In this document: positions 13,327 to 25,432 of the stretch, in pieces | Layout: each line of letters starts with the position of its first letter | How positions within the stretch are numbered: the stretch's first letter is position 1 | DNA from: Lingula anatina | Taxonomy: Eukaryota; Animalia; Brachiopoda | NCBI GenBank assembly: GCA_051362555.1 | Contig: CM120643.1 | Span: forward strand, 20,836,848-20,900,847 | DNA length: 64,000 bases | Reading direction: 5' to 3' | Notes under the pieces: generated by a model | The model's input: the letters and a program-made list of their open reading frames with translations, nothing else | Database searches by the model: none | Told to the model about the DNA's origin: nothing | Translations under genes and position numbers: made by a program

Positions 13327-13443
13327 GGGGACTCTTGCTGAATGTAATCAGATTAACACTCCTCTTCTTGATTCCAACATACTCGTATGATCACCAACTT
13401 TTCTGTATTTTACTCAATCTGACTGCATTCAACAAGAGTCCCC
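13327..13443. repeat. Inverted repeat, 28-bp arms, 61-nt spacer
   Basis: GGGGACTCTTGCTGAATGTAATCAGATT (13327-13354) vs AATCTGACTGCATTCAACAAGAGTCCCC (13416-13443); 25/28 Watson-Crick pairs. Confidence 0.85.
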
Positions 13444-16114
13444 TGAAGTTGAATTGGCCTACTAATGACAGTTTCAATGTGGTAATAAGCTCTTGTATCA
13501 TCTTCTTAAATTATTTAGCAGCTTCATCTAAGACCAGTGTTCAACTTCAAATTCTCGATGAAACAAGAACAAGGTAGAATGGCAATCATTTACAGATGTT
13601 ATTTTTCTATTTTGGGGCCTCTGTTCTTTGGTGCTACTACTACTGTCCACTAAGACTAAGAACGACTTCCTCTGCCACTGTACTGCTACCAGGTCATGTC
13701 CTCTGTTTTTCCTGGTAATATATCTGATATGTCGATATTTGCCCTTAATCTCAAATTAGATACCAAGAGTGAAATAGGGACCACTGATTTTTAAATAGGT
13801 AGAATTGGCCAATTCTCTATACTTAATTTCTAAAACTACCATTTGCAAATAAGTTAATTTTAATGTGTTTATTATAATTGGTTAAAATGTTAAATGATGA
13901 GGGCAGATAATAATGACTTTTCAAGAAAGAAAACAGGAATGGCAAAAAATGATCTTTTCCATTCAGGTCTTCCCTCTCCTCTCTCTGTTCATCCATTCAA
14001 CGAAAGCTGATTGCAAATTACCACAGCACCATAATATTCCCACACTCTGTCTGTCTCATTAGGTTTTTCAGCTGAATACCTCTCTAGGTGGCACCCAAGG
14101 TTCAAACAGGGGGAATGGATAACTAAATGTCCCTGTTATAAAGCTTCCACTTCAAGGTAAATCATAATTAACATGCTCAGTGGAAAAGAAAGCCCAGATG
14201 TAAGAGTATTACAGAGGTAAAGGTACAGGTATCGGCCAGGTAACCTTAGCTGCCATAGCTGTAGTGCCATCCGCCCTGTCATGTAGAGTGATGCAATAGG
14301 AAAAAGCACAAAGGGAAGATACCAATCGGCAGATATAATGGGTTAAATTTTCATTGTTCATGAAGATTGCCTAGTGGAAATGTAATGGCCAGATCCTTTT
14401 GTTCACAGGCCTTTTACCTTTCCTAGCCTTTTGTTCAAAGGAACTTCAATGTGCCATGCTGTGGGGAAACAGGGGGATCAAATAGTTCTACTTATAAATC
14501 CTGACAATTCTGTTAATTTAGCAACACATTGTCCTTAATCTTTGCTAAGAAATTTTATTATTAGGAAAGTCATTTTAATGACCAGTTATATGAGGTTTAC
14601 CATTTTGATGATCTTGGAAAAAAGGACCTGAATTAATCATAAAACTGAGTTCAAATTAAATACCAGTTCATATCATGCAGTATCAAGTCATGAATAAAAG
14701 ATGCTTCTGTGAAAGTAGAAAAAAAACTGGAGAATGACAATAATTTGCATTAATATTCACAACTCAGATGCGGTTCAATATCAATCAACAATCTATACAC
14801 AGTGCTTCTGCTTTAAGTCAACTCCTTCAGAGATTAATAATTAGAAACAAAAGGTCTCCCACCAGCATCCCATTAAGATCAACAAGGAAAATGTCTCACA
14901 TTCTGGCAAAGAAAATATCTCCGCTGACTTCCCGCCAACACTTGGCTTGCATGTCATTAACATTCCTTCAATAATTGTTCAGCATACAATCTCTGGTCTG
15001 CCCTCCATGTGTCATGCACATAAACACCCTTCATCCACACTCGCTGTTAGGCCACTGATATAGCAAAGAGCATTGATTTTTTTCCACCCTTAAAGATTAT
15101 GCCAGAAGCCGAGTAGAAGAAAAACTGGTGTAATGTTCCTAATGATCATGTAACATGGAGGTGATCTGTAGGTTTGGTGTTAAGGATAATGATTAGTGTT
15201 GATCTATTTCTATTCCTGCAATTCACTCTAATTCCATAGATTTCACTTCTGTAAATTGAGCAATTTTGCTTCATTGTCAGTGTCATTTAATTTTTATCAA
15301 AAACTGATGTGGAATATTGCTTGATATAAATGGCTGAAGAATGCATTTAATCTAAAAAAAAAACAATAAATACTCAAATTTTAGATGGTTTTATAAAGTT
15401 AATATCATTCTAAACTTTCCTAATTTGGTGTTAATTTTACTCAAAGTCGTACTGCCTACAGTAATGTTATTCATATTCAATCATATATGAAATACATATT
15501 TAGAAATACTATAACATACAGCGCCAATCAATGTAAATGATCTTGCATTTAGTACTAAAAAAACTCGCTATTATTCTAAGAAATTTGATGACCGAATATG
15601 TGGTCAATGTCTTGAAACTGGGCTATCAAGAGGTCAAGGTGAGCAAAAATGTCTACACTGACCACAACAGAGTGTCTGTAAAAGCTGAAGCAAATGCTGA
15701 AGCAAATATTATGCAAATGTTTTGGCTATTCCAATTTGTATAGCTTCTCATACATGGTCAGTATCCTGGGGAGATGGTCACCTCAATATAACAAGGAACC
15801 ACAGTCTGGAGGTCAGTGTCTGGTTGTCAGACAGGCAGGGGTCAGCGTGGTCAGTTTAACCCGGCCAGACCACTGGTTTGACCATATAACACTGGGTTTA
15901 CAGTTGGATTCCAGACCAGGGGGGCACCCAGAGATATGACATGACTGTGGCTGATGGTAGAACAGCTGCCAGCAGCAACAGGTCTGGATGGTGTTTACAC
16001 TGTAGCCTAACCCTATACTAGAACACTTGTTGTATGGTGTATTTTGTTTTATACACTGACATGTCCCAAGTTACTTGAGTAGACTGACCATACTACTACA
16101 GCAAAAGTGATGCT

Positions 16115-16154
16115 AGTTAGAAGTTTTCAAGACCAGTTAGAAGTTTTCAAGACC
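16115..16154 (+). repeat. Perfect 20-bp tandem duplication
   Basis: AGTTAGAAGTTTTCAAGACC occurs twice in tandem. Confidence 0.9.
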
Positions 16155-19100
16155 CAAGTTATTGGGTGTTATGGTCTGATGCTGCACCATATAATAACAG
16201 TTCAATCACCCTCGTCTGATTTATTAGCTTGAAGCAAAAAGATAAATCAACTCAAATATAATCTATATCATTTGAGAAATGCCACATTTCATTCTCTTTC
16301 ACATACTGTGAAGAAAATAGCTCATTACCATGTCCTAAATTCTTTTACTCAGATTTGGAGATAATTGCTAAAAGGAGTTTCTACAGAGCCTTGTCCTCTA
16401 CTGTTACTTCTAGGCTAGAGTACTAGCCATAGTACCCAGTACATACTCTATAGTAGTAGGAATACTATGAATGACCCTACAGACTGGGCAGATTTAAATT
16501 TTGGCAACAAGAAGGACCTCAGAGTGTAATGTGTGGGAGGTTACGGAGAGAGGCTGTTCTCGTCGTATGATAATACGATAAAACAGGAGTCCCTCAGGGG
16601 CCCGGCTACAGAGCAATTTTGATGCCAAAATCGACAAGCTGCAAAGTTTTCTAGTTATGAATCACTGGTATTGATCGCAGAGCTGGGGCCAATTTTATCC
16701 TAATAACCAACTTGTTTTTAATGGCAAAAACAGCCACACGGCAAAGTTACCAAGATCCACAGCCGTGAGCATGCTTAACAAGATTGCACTGCTTCTGATA
16801 ATCAGCAAATCACTGGAATATAGAGGTGACCTTTTCGCTGAGCTCTCTCAAATTATGTCTCCAGCAGTCAGTGTTCCAGACTGCACCAGTTCTCAATAAT
16901 CCCATTCCCCCCTCTCCTGCGCACAAAAGATAACACGGCCTATGACTTGATATTTTAACCAACAGCCATATCCTTCTTAATTCTCTCCCCGCCTCAGTAA
17001 ACTGAGGGGCCTCATTACGTACAGAAGGGCAGCAGACACGCAAGACTACCATTGTCCCCTTTTTTACCCACCACATGAAATAGCACACTCTCCTCGACTC
17101 CACTGTGAGGTCTTTCATATCCTCTCATTTACATCTCTCTCTCCTTTGGCTGGCAGCAAGCAGTTTCATAAAGAATGAGTATGGTTATTAGTGGCTCTGT
17201 GTTCTAGAGAGATTGACCTAGTTCACAAATGAGCCAGGTTCACCAGTTCAGTTGGCCACATGGTCAGACTCCATCGCTGCTCATTCTAGGTAATTAATGC
17301 CCTTTGCTTGAGAGCTCGCTCAGGCTTTTACTAAATGAGTCCCTGCCACCGCTGTCAGCAACAGCCAGTTAATTACTGCGTCTTGTGATTGTCAATCAAG
17401 ACTCTGGAAGCTGTTTTCTGTTTTACATACAGCAATCAAGGGCCTGTTTGACCTCACCACTGGTTTTCAGCTGGCACAACTCAGCCCAGACAGAAAGCTT
17501 TCTCTTCATTATGGAACTAATCTCTCCTCCACTGGTCTAATTTATGCAAGCTATCATCTACTTCTGAGCAGAGACTGAGAAACAAAACCACAGTGCTGAC
17601 AGTATTTTACTGGTTCTTGTAGAGGGGTCGCCTTGCTTTCCTAATATGACAGATCACAGTGGGCAAATTACGACATTAACGAGGGAGAGAGCAAGCTAAT
17701 TTTCTCCACTCAATTTGTGAAATAGAAACAATAGCTATGACGTCATTTTATGGAAAATATTTTCATAAAAAATTGCAATAAAAAGAAAAGCTGAAACCCG
17801 TAAGTGCCACGGATCACTGTACTGGTTTCATAAGAGATAACTGATTGTTCTAAGACATTGTGGTGTTCTCCCTCATTGTAATGACACAGAACTGGCAGGT
17901 TGTGTCAAATCATCATGGTGGTTTGCGAACATGCACTGTGGCAGACCTTATGCCTCAGCCAGCTGAATAATTACTTTTTGATGAGCAGAAAAGCTCAGCT
18001 AATGAAATAGCTAATGTTATAATGGCTACCAGCTTTTCAAACTGGGATCAAATCTATTATTATTATCTATGAACCTAGTTGCGATCTTGAAATTCCATGA
18101 AGGGAACACTTTAAATACACAATTATTTCTCTTCCAAATAAATGAATTCATCACCATCGTTATATATGAGACCCCAATCTTGTTTGAGCCATCTCTTCAA
18201 TATGTCAAAGCCATAGACATCACAGCCTTTGTTGTCATTGGTGGAGAAAAATGATACTAATTACAGCAATTTTTCCACTGCTGTGTCTCATCTTGATCTT
18301 TGTTTCTTCTGCACATCACGCAAAATACTAACATTGCATTACCATCTGCTTTCATCAGCCGCCATATGCAGGAAAAGTCTCTAAGGTAAAAATTAACTTT
18401 TTGTGTTTTTAAAGGCTAATTATAAAAATTAGACAAATACAATTGCTCTATATTCTCAAGTAATTGTTTATCCCTCTCCCAGCAAACAAATATGTCAATT
18501 ATTTCATGACCTGGGTTGACAGACTTATTTCTAGACAATGAAAGTACAAAAAATATACTTAATGTGAAACAAGATGTGCAGGAACAGAACAGTGACCTCT
18601 TCATGAACAAATTACTTTCTGAGTACATCTTTTTCTTAGAAACTATTGAATTACTTATGAGAATTTTTTTAGAAATCTCTTAAAACAAATCTCTACTCGT
18701 TTCTCATAGCATATCATTAGGGCCCTTTCATTCGCAGATCATTCATTGATATCTTTCATCTCAATGTTTCAATGATAAAAACTGGCAATTTTATTTGATT
18801 TCCATGGAATGCATTCTTTATTCATTCAACTTTGACATAATTTAAGTATTTCTGTCAATTCAGTAAATAACAAGATAAAAGTTACTTATTTAAAGTCATT
18901 TTTTTTGTTTTTAAATTCTTTACTAGAATTCTTAAAGAAGATTCAATTTTAAGTAAAAGCTTTTCTCTGAGCCAAACAAAAACGCATTGTAGAAATCAAA
19001 CAATAAATTAGATTTTCAGAGAACTATATTACCTATCAAACCAATTTTTCATCATCCACATAGACCAACTTTATTGCCCTGCCTCACCAACCTTTCTTCA

Positions 19101-19296
19101 TCGTTCAGAGAAATTTAGATATTTGGCAAAACATTATAAGACATTGCAATCATTTAATTGGGGTTTCACATTTGACATATTCATTATTATTATTTAATCA
19201 CCCATCCTCCATTGTATCCTCTATCCCTGACCCCCCCCCCCCCCCCCCCACACACACAAAAAAAAATAAAAGACAACCAAATGGTTTCTCACTCAC

Positions 19297-22200
19297 CTTC
19301 CTCATATGTATCACTTTCACAGTCACCTTTGCCCTCTCTGACAGTGAGCGCCTCCAAAGTGACGTCCCCTTCCTGCGGCATTTCCTGACCCTGACTATGC
19401 TGCTCACCCTCGCTGCGAGCATGCGCCATGGACGCCACGTGCTGAATCATGCTGAGTTTAGTTTTCGTCGAGACATTGCACAACATGCAGTGGTAATACT
19501 TCTGGTTCCCCTTCAGCTCGCCCTCACATTGCTGTAGGTGGTGGAAGATACGACTCTTGATGTCGTGCGCGCGATTGGTGGAGTGCACCTGGAGTTTGTG
19601 AATACTGTTGGTGTAATAATCACACGCGTTGCAGCGCACTTGCACAGGGTTGCTGGCGTTCATGTACTTGAGTCTCCATTCGTTGGCCGGTCCGCCCAGC
19701 TTTATGTGGTTGACCAGCTGAAGTCGTTGTAAGTGTTTGTCAGTTTTACAGTGAAGCTGAAAATTGGCCTTGAGGTTGGTTTTATACTGACACAGGTTAC
19801 ACAGGTAGCTGCCAGCTGCCACTGTGATGTTGTCTCCTTCACCCTGCTTTGTGCGATCTGTCTGTATATGTTGATGCAGGGAGCCTATGGAGTCTGTGCA
19901 GTACACGGCGCATATACAGCAGTGGTAAACCTTGCTGGGTTCCATCACTGCTGGGTTCTCTTCTTGACTGCTGCTCTCTGCCTGACCCCCACTGCCTGGC
20001 TCCTTGGATAAATCGACCGGGGAGTCAATGGCAGGTGGCGGCATGTGCTGAGACATGAACATGGCAGCCTGGTCAAATGGGAAGCCTGGGATGCCCCCTG
20101 GTGTCAGCGGAGAAGGCAGCGCCATCATGCCCAGATCCTGCTGTAGCATGGCCATCTGCTGCATTTGGAGCTGCATGTCGCGCTGCATGTGCTTCACGTT
20201 CTGCTGTAGCACCATCATGTTATGCGTATGCTTCTCGCTAGTCATGTGAATGCGCAGGTTGCGTGCCACATTGGTCTCATAATTGCACACGTCGCACCTC
20301 CATGAAGCTTTCGGTTTGACCTTCTTTGCAGCAGCTGCAGCAGCAGCCACTGATGATAACGTGTTGTTGTTCTCAGTGGGCGTAGCCGACACGGGTGGGG
20401 TCTGTGGGGTCTGTGGGGACAGGGGGACTTCTATAGGGGCAGCATTATTAGTGGAACCCTGCTGATTGTTCATCTGTTGCTGGTTCTGCAATTCCTGCAT
20501 GTTATTTATGTGCTTATCTGACTGCATGTGAATACTGAGGTTACCTTTCGTCGTGGTTGAGTAGTTGCATACGTCACATCGATACGGCTTGTACCCACAG
20601 GTGTAGGACTCCCCACGGGCAAGACGTGGATGGGGCTGACTGGTAATACAGTAAATGCACTGTGTGTCATTCTCTGGGTGTTTTTCCTTCATGTGTATCT
20701 CCAATGTCTCCTGGTATTTATAGTGCCAATTACACTTGGGGCATTTCAGGGTCTTGCAGGAGTTACGGGAGTGCATCATTGTCATGTGACCTCCCAGGGA
20801 GCGCGAGGAGCCCAGAATCATGTCACACTTGGGGCACTCCACCCCCTGCTGCTTCCCCATGGGGTGTTCCTCACATTTCAGCTCTCCCACCACCCCACTG
20901 GCGTTAAACAACATCTGGTTCATTTGGGATTGCGAAGCTTGCATTTTCTGCATGATATCTGCCATGCTGATACTGGGAGAGTTTGGTGTGGTGGCGCTGG
21001 TATCTGAAGGAACCCCCAGCGCATTCTTCCCCAGGTCTGGTGCAAGATGGAGATTGAATTTCTTGTCGTGATTGTTGTTCAGTCTGTTGGCCGTCTCGGG
21101 GCTGACCAGTAAAGGGTCAGTTTCTGAGGCTGTAGAAAGTTTGGGGTTAGAGGGACCATCCCTTTGTGATGCCTGGTGCGAAGACTCTGGATTCGTTTTA
21201 ACACCTTTGTCAATGTTAGCACCACCCTGAACCTCATCTTGAGCAGAAAAGACGGAATTTGATCCCGTTGTTTTAGCGGTGTTTGTGACAGCACCTTCAT
21301 CAACCTTGCCATTGGATGGCAGGGCCTTGGACTTGGAAGATTTAGCATTCTGCTCACTCGATGTGGAAAGATCAAAGCCTTCACCAGTGCCTGAATTTCT
21401 CTGAACTGAGCCAGAGTTAAAGCGGAAATATGGACCACTTCCCTGGTCTCCATCTCCTTGTGGCGGAGTGTTGGGCTCCAGGAACGACATTAAGGGTTGT
21501 TTATCTTTACCCACGCCTTGAATGATTGCTGAGGAATTAGGCCGTGACATAATTTCTTTCTCGCTGTCATTGAGCACCATACCGTGCTCTCCTGTAGCAT
21601 GGGCTGTGAAGGACTTAGTGAAACCAAATGACAGTTTACAAATGAAACACATGAGAATGGGTTTTGTTGGGACTATGGAGTATGATACGTTCGGCAGTTT
21701 CGGTGTAGATTTTGATTTACTGTCCTTTTCTTCTTCCTCCTCCTCATCCTCTTTCTTGCTCCCCGTGCGCACATCGTAAACTTTATAACTGTGCATGACG
21801 GGGGCCTCAGGCTTACACTCTGGCATCATAGCATAATAAGCACTGTAGAATGCTGCAGGGTTTCTGTGAATATACACAGCATTTGCGATCTGTGGAAATG
21901 CAGCCATTTGTGATGTGGAGGGTTTACCCCTATGGTCCACAATACTCCCTTCTTGTTTTGGAACATCCTCCATAATCGAATCATCGTCACTGATTTCTGA
22001 ATCTCCTTCAATAATGTAAGCTGAGCCGTCAGGGTTGTACACTATTTTCCCATCAAAGCTCTCCACGTCGCTCAACTCACTCTCCTCATCCCTATCTCCA
22101 CCATCTTTGTCGGCACCCTGTCCCACCTGCTGAACGCTGGACTGGGAACAACTGTGCTCCATGTATTTCTGCAAAGTGTCAAAGTCCGTGGTACACTCCC

Positions 22201-22801
22201 CACATTGCACTGGCTCCGCAGAGGAAGACTTAGATGGGGAGGGGGAGGAGGATGAGGAGGAAGAGGAGGAGGAGACGGGGCCCTTAGTCTCTTTACCTGA
22301 AGTCTGTATACTCTCCCCCTGTTGAGTACTAGCAGTAGTACTCGCCTCCATTGATAGTGTATTGGAATGAGAAACGATGCCAGTCTTGGGAGAATGCCTT
22401 GTCAGGTTTGATGGATCATTGCTCTGTCCATTTGAACTATTTCCAATACTCGGTTCCCTTGATGGACTTTTTATCGCAGTTCTTTTTCCAGCACTGTCCC
22501 AGGAGTCTTTGGTTGTAGTAATATCAGTTTGTGAGTCAGCCGTGGCCTGTTCTCCGTTCTCTGAGTATACACTATCATTGGGCTGGACTGGGTCATTGCC
22601 CTGGTCAGTCTGGTCCATCTGGTCACTCTGAGTGACCACACCACCAGAACTGACAACAGGAATGGTCACATCCTGATTATTCTCTGCAATCAGGTCAGCG
22701 TGGTGGTGGTGGTCACTGGTCAATGCGTCCACCTGGCTGACCGACTGCAGCTTGGAGAGATTCTCATTGATCTTGTCCAGGGACGCTGCCTCTAAAGCCA
22801 T
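19297..22801 (-). CDS. zfh2: Zinc finger homeobox protein (ZFHX3/4, zfh2 orthologue), first coding exon
   Basis: The 1186-aa ORF carries family-diagnostic motifs: FDGKIVYNPDGSAYIIE, KPILMCFICKLSFG, HMTMMHSRNSCKTLKCPKCNWHYKYQETLEIHMKEKHP, HPRLARGESYTCGYKPYRCDVCNYSTTTKGNLSIHMQSDKH, WRCDVCNYETNVARNLRIHMTSEKH, KANFQLHCKTDKH. The first ATG of the long frame is 22801 (ACCATGG), with an in-frame TGA upstream. Acceptor tttcag| at 22931; donor GAAG|gtgagt at 19296 (phase 1). Confidence 0.97.
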
Positions 22802-22930
22802 GGTGTGTTCACAGGGTCCCAACTGACCACTACACTGGACATCAGTCACAATAACCCTCTCCTGGCTTGACCAGTACCCATGGTTATATCATTAACATCA
22901 CACCAGCCAATCGGAAAGGAGGAAGCTCAT
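22802..22930 (-). other. 5' UTR part of the large exon, containing four uORFs
   Basis: Follows the acceptor ggtcatttcag|ATGAGC at 22931/22930. All three frames close before or just after the main ATG. Confidence 0.7.
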
Positions 22931-25132
22931 CTGAAATGACCAAAAGACCTTTTGTTATAACACTCTCAGTCTGTGCTAAGAAATAGGCAGCATCATTACA
23001 ATACAGGTTAATTGGTTCCCTGGTCACTGGGGCTTGGCTTCCCCTCTAAACAAGGGTGTTGCCCGAGCCCTGTCACCTGCCCATTATCTCCTGACCATCT
23101 CCTGACTTCAAAGAGGTGGAAGTGACACTCTGCAATCAGATAAAGAAGGGTTTTGGAGAGTTTAATTAGTGAGTGGGGAGGGGGAGAACAATTAGCCGTT
23201 GCACAGGTAGCAAATTCCTGGGTGCAGTTTAATTATAACAGTAGGCCCGTAAGCAGGGTCCAGTGGCCAGAGTGCCCAGGTACATGTCACAGGTGGGGAG
23301 GCATTACATCACCTGTAATCAGCTGACCCCTATTATCAGCTCCAGTGTCTCTCTCAGGGGACTGAAAAGAAACAGAGACTGGTTGATTAGGCTACGGTGT
23401 AACAGTTGATAATTAGTGCCAGGAAAAATTAAACTTAACTGGAAGCAGTAGTTAAGCAAACATTTGCCTGTGCCTCTCTGGTCCCCATATCAATAAACTG
23501 CAAAAGAGATATACACTATATAGTTAAGTCTTAATAAATATGTCATAGTGACAATGCAGCCTGAACGACATAGCCCTACAGGCTTTCCAAGTCACCTTTT
23601 AAAGTTTAAACTGAATTTTTATACAGCAGTTTTTCAGACCTAGTAAGACTTCTTTCTTCACTTCCCCCACATCTCATGTGGCCATCGCAGCCAGAGGCAA
23701 GGCCAATTCTGCAGACACTCTTAAATTTTCTTTCCTCACAATTAATGGCATTCATCCTGCCTCTGTGATTTATATAATTCCTCAAAGAGACAGAAACAAG
23801 CTAAAGCGGAACTATTTTCTGATATGCTCATATTTTTTCTCTCGGGAAGCCTGGAGTCAATTAATTCTTACCTATTTTTAATGGGGGTAAAAGTTGGCAC
23901 TCTTGAAAAGCAAGGCTCGAAAGGCAATTGTAAACTTTGCCTAGTCTTTTATCATTTCACATTTCAAGGAAAGGAAAATATATAATTTTTTTCCTACTAC
24001 TAGCTCATATCAGGATACTATGTGTTTTTCTAATCATGGGATTTTGTAATAAAAACCATCATAATCATGATTATTTGTCAGTGACAACAAAGTCATTAAC
24101 TTCTTTAAAAACTAAACTCCAGGCAAACATTTGGTAATTAATTATCTTACCACAATGGCAGGAGTTTAACTAGGTTTCTTATCTAAATCTTGAGAAAGAT
24201 TTCATAATTAGTCTCTTTTAGATATTCAGTTTAATGGCACATATAAAACCTCCTTTTCATCTTCACGAGTTTGCATGAGAGGGACCAAAAATCAATGTAT
24301 GATACTTAATTCTGTTCATATTCTCAATCTAGGTACAAATAAATTGAAAATTGAGTTACAAAGTGAAACAGTATTTTCTACAATTACATAACAGGCACAC
24401 TACATAATTACTTTTGTTCCAAACATTAAGTGTGTGAATGACAAAATAATTAGAGATTTTAAGATTCTTAATGAAAGTTGTAGGGATATGTGTTGTCTTA
24501 AAATACTTTCTCAAAAAATAAAATGCAAATTCAATAGGAAAATAATTGGTAGCATAAAATGATTTTTACACTGGCAGGCAGACATCAGGGTTGCTTTTAA
24601 TCTTAATGTAATCACAGATAAATAACGAGTACTGTAATGATTTTTGGTTCAGCGTCTAAGCTGTTTTTAATTTCAAGTTTGAGAAAAATATGAGCATTAA
24701 CTGAGTAATGATTTTCTCCCCCTATGTCATGTTCTGATAACGGCTAACACGAAGAGATAGCCCGGCTCAACACACCCTCATTACACCAAGGCAATCTCAC
24801 TCTCTCTTTCTCTCTCCGCGGGGTCCCTCCTAGTCACCACTGTATTAGTATACATATATCTCCAGGATCGAGCATGGGGCATCAATACAAATTACATATT
24901 ATTCCAATACGTCATCTGTCGGTTGATGACTTATAAACCAGACCTCGGCTGAAGTGGCCTGAAGGTTGCCTGCGGTCATTAAATGTGAAATATGAAATGT
25001 AATCCATGGCAGAAATACTGTGATATTCAAAGGTTAGTGTTCCATAACTAACTCGCACAGCTGGGGATTCATAGCATATTCTGACAGGACTTAATTCATA
25101 ACTTTTATGATTTCAGTACCAAAGAACTTTGT

Positions 25133-25432
25133 GAACTTAATAAAAATGTGTTTATATTCCTATTTCCTGAGTTATGTATTTATAATTGAATTGGTGATAA
25201 AATTCAGATGACCTAGAATGTGAAAAAAGAAATTGTTCGCATGTTGCCTTTCTTTACAAATATTTAATTTCTTCTCTGGTATTAATGCAATATTGAATAA
25301 GAGAATGGGTTTAGGAACTTAATAAAAATGTTTAAATTCATCATTCCTAAGATGTGTTGATAACCTGATGATGAGGCTTGGATGAAGGAAAAAATAAAAA
25401 AACTTTGAAATGTTATCTTTGTTTACAAATTC
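25133..25432 (+). repeat. Old diverged tandem duplication (~180-bp unit)
   Basis: GAACTTAATAAAAATGT at 25133 and 25315; both copies continue through TTCCT..GATGA..ATGTT..TTTACAAAT. Confidence 0.6.

Noticed and set aside
19172-22656. Many plus-strand and alternate-frame ORFs overlapping the large exon (also 103-369, 1089-1364, 2245-2583)
   Set aside because: Shadows of the GC-richer zfh2 coding sequence; no recognisable domains.
22802-22849. ORF-track start at 22849
   Set aside because: It is a GTG called under bacterial start rules; the first ATG of this frame, in strong context, is 22801.
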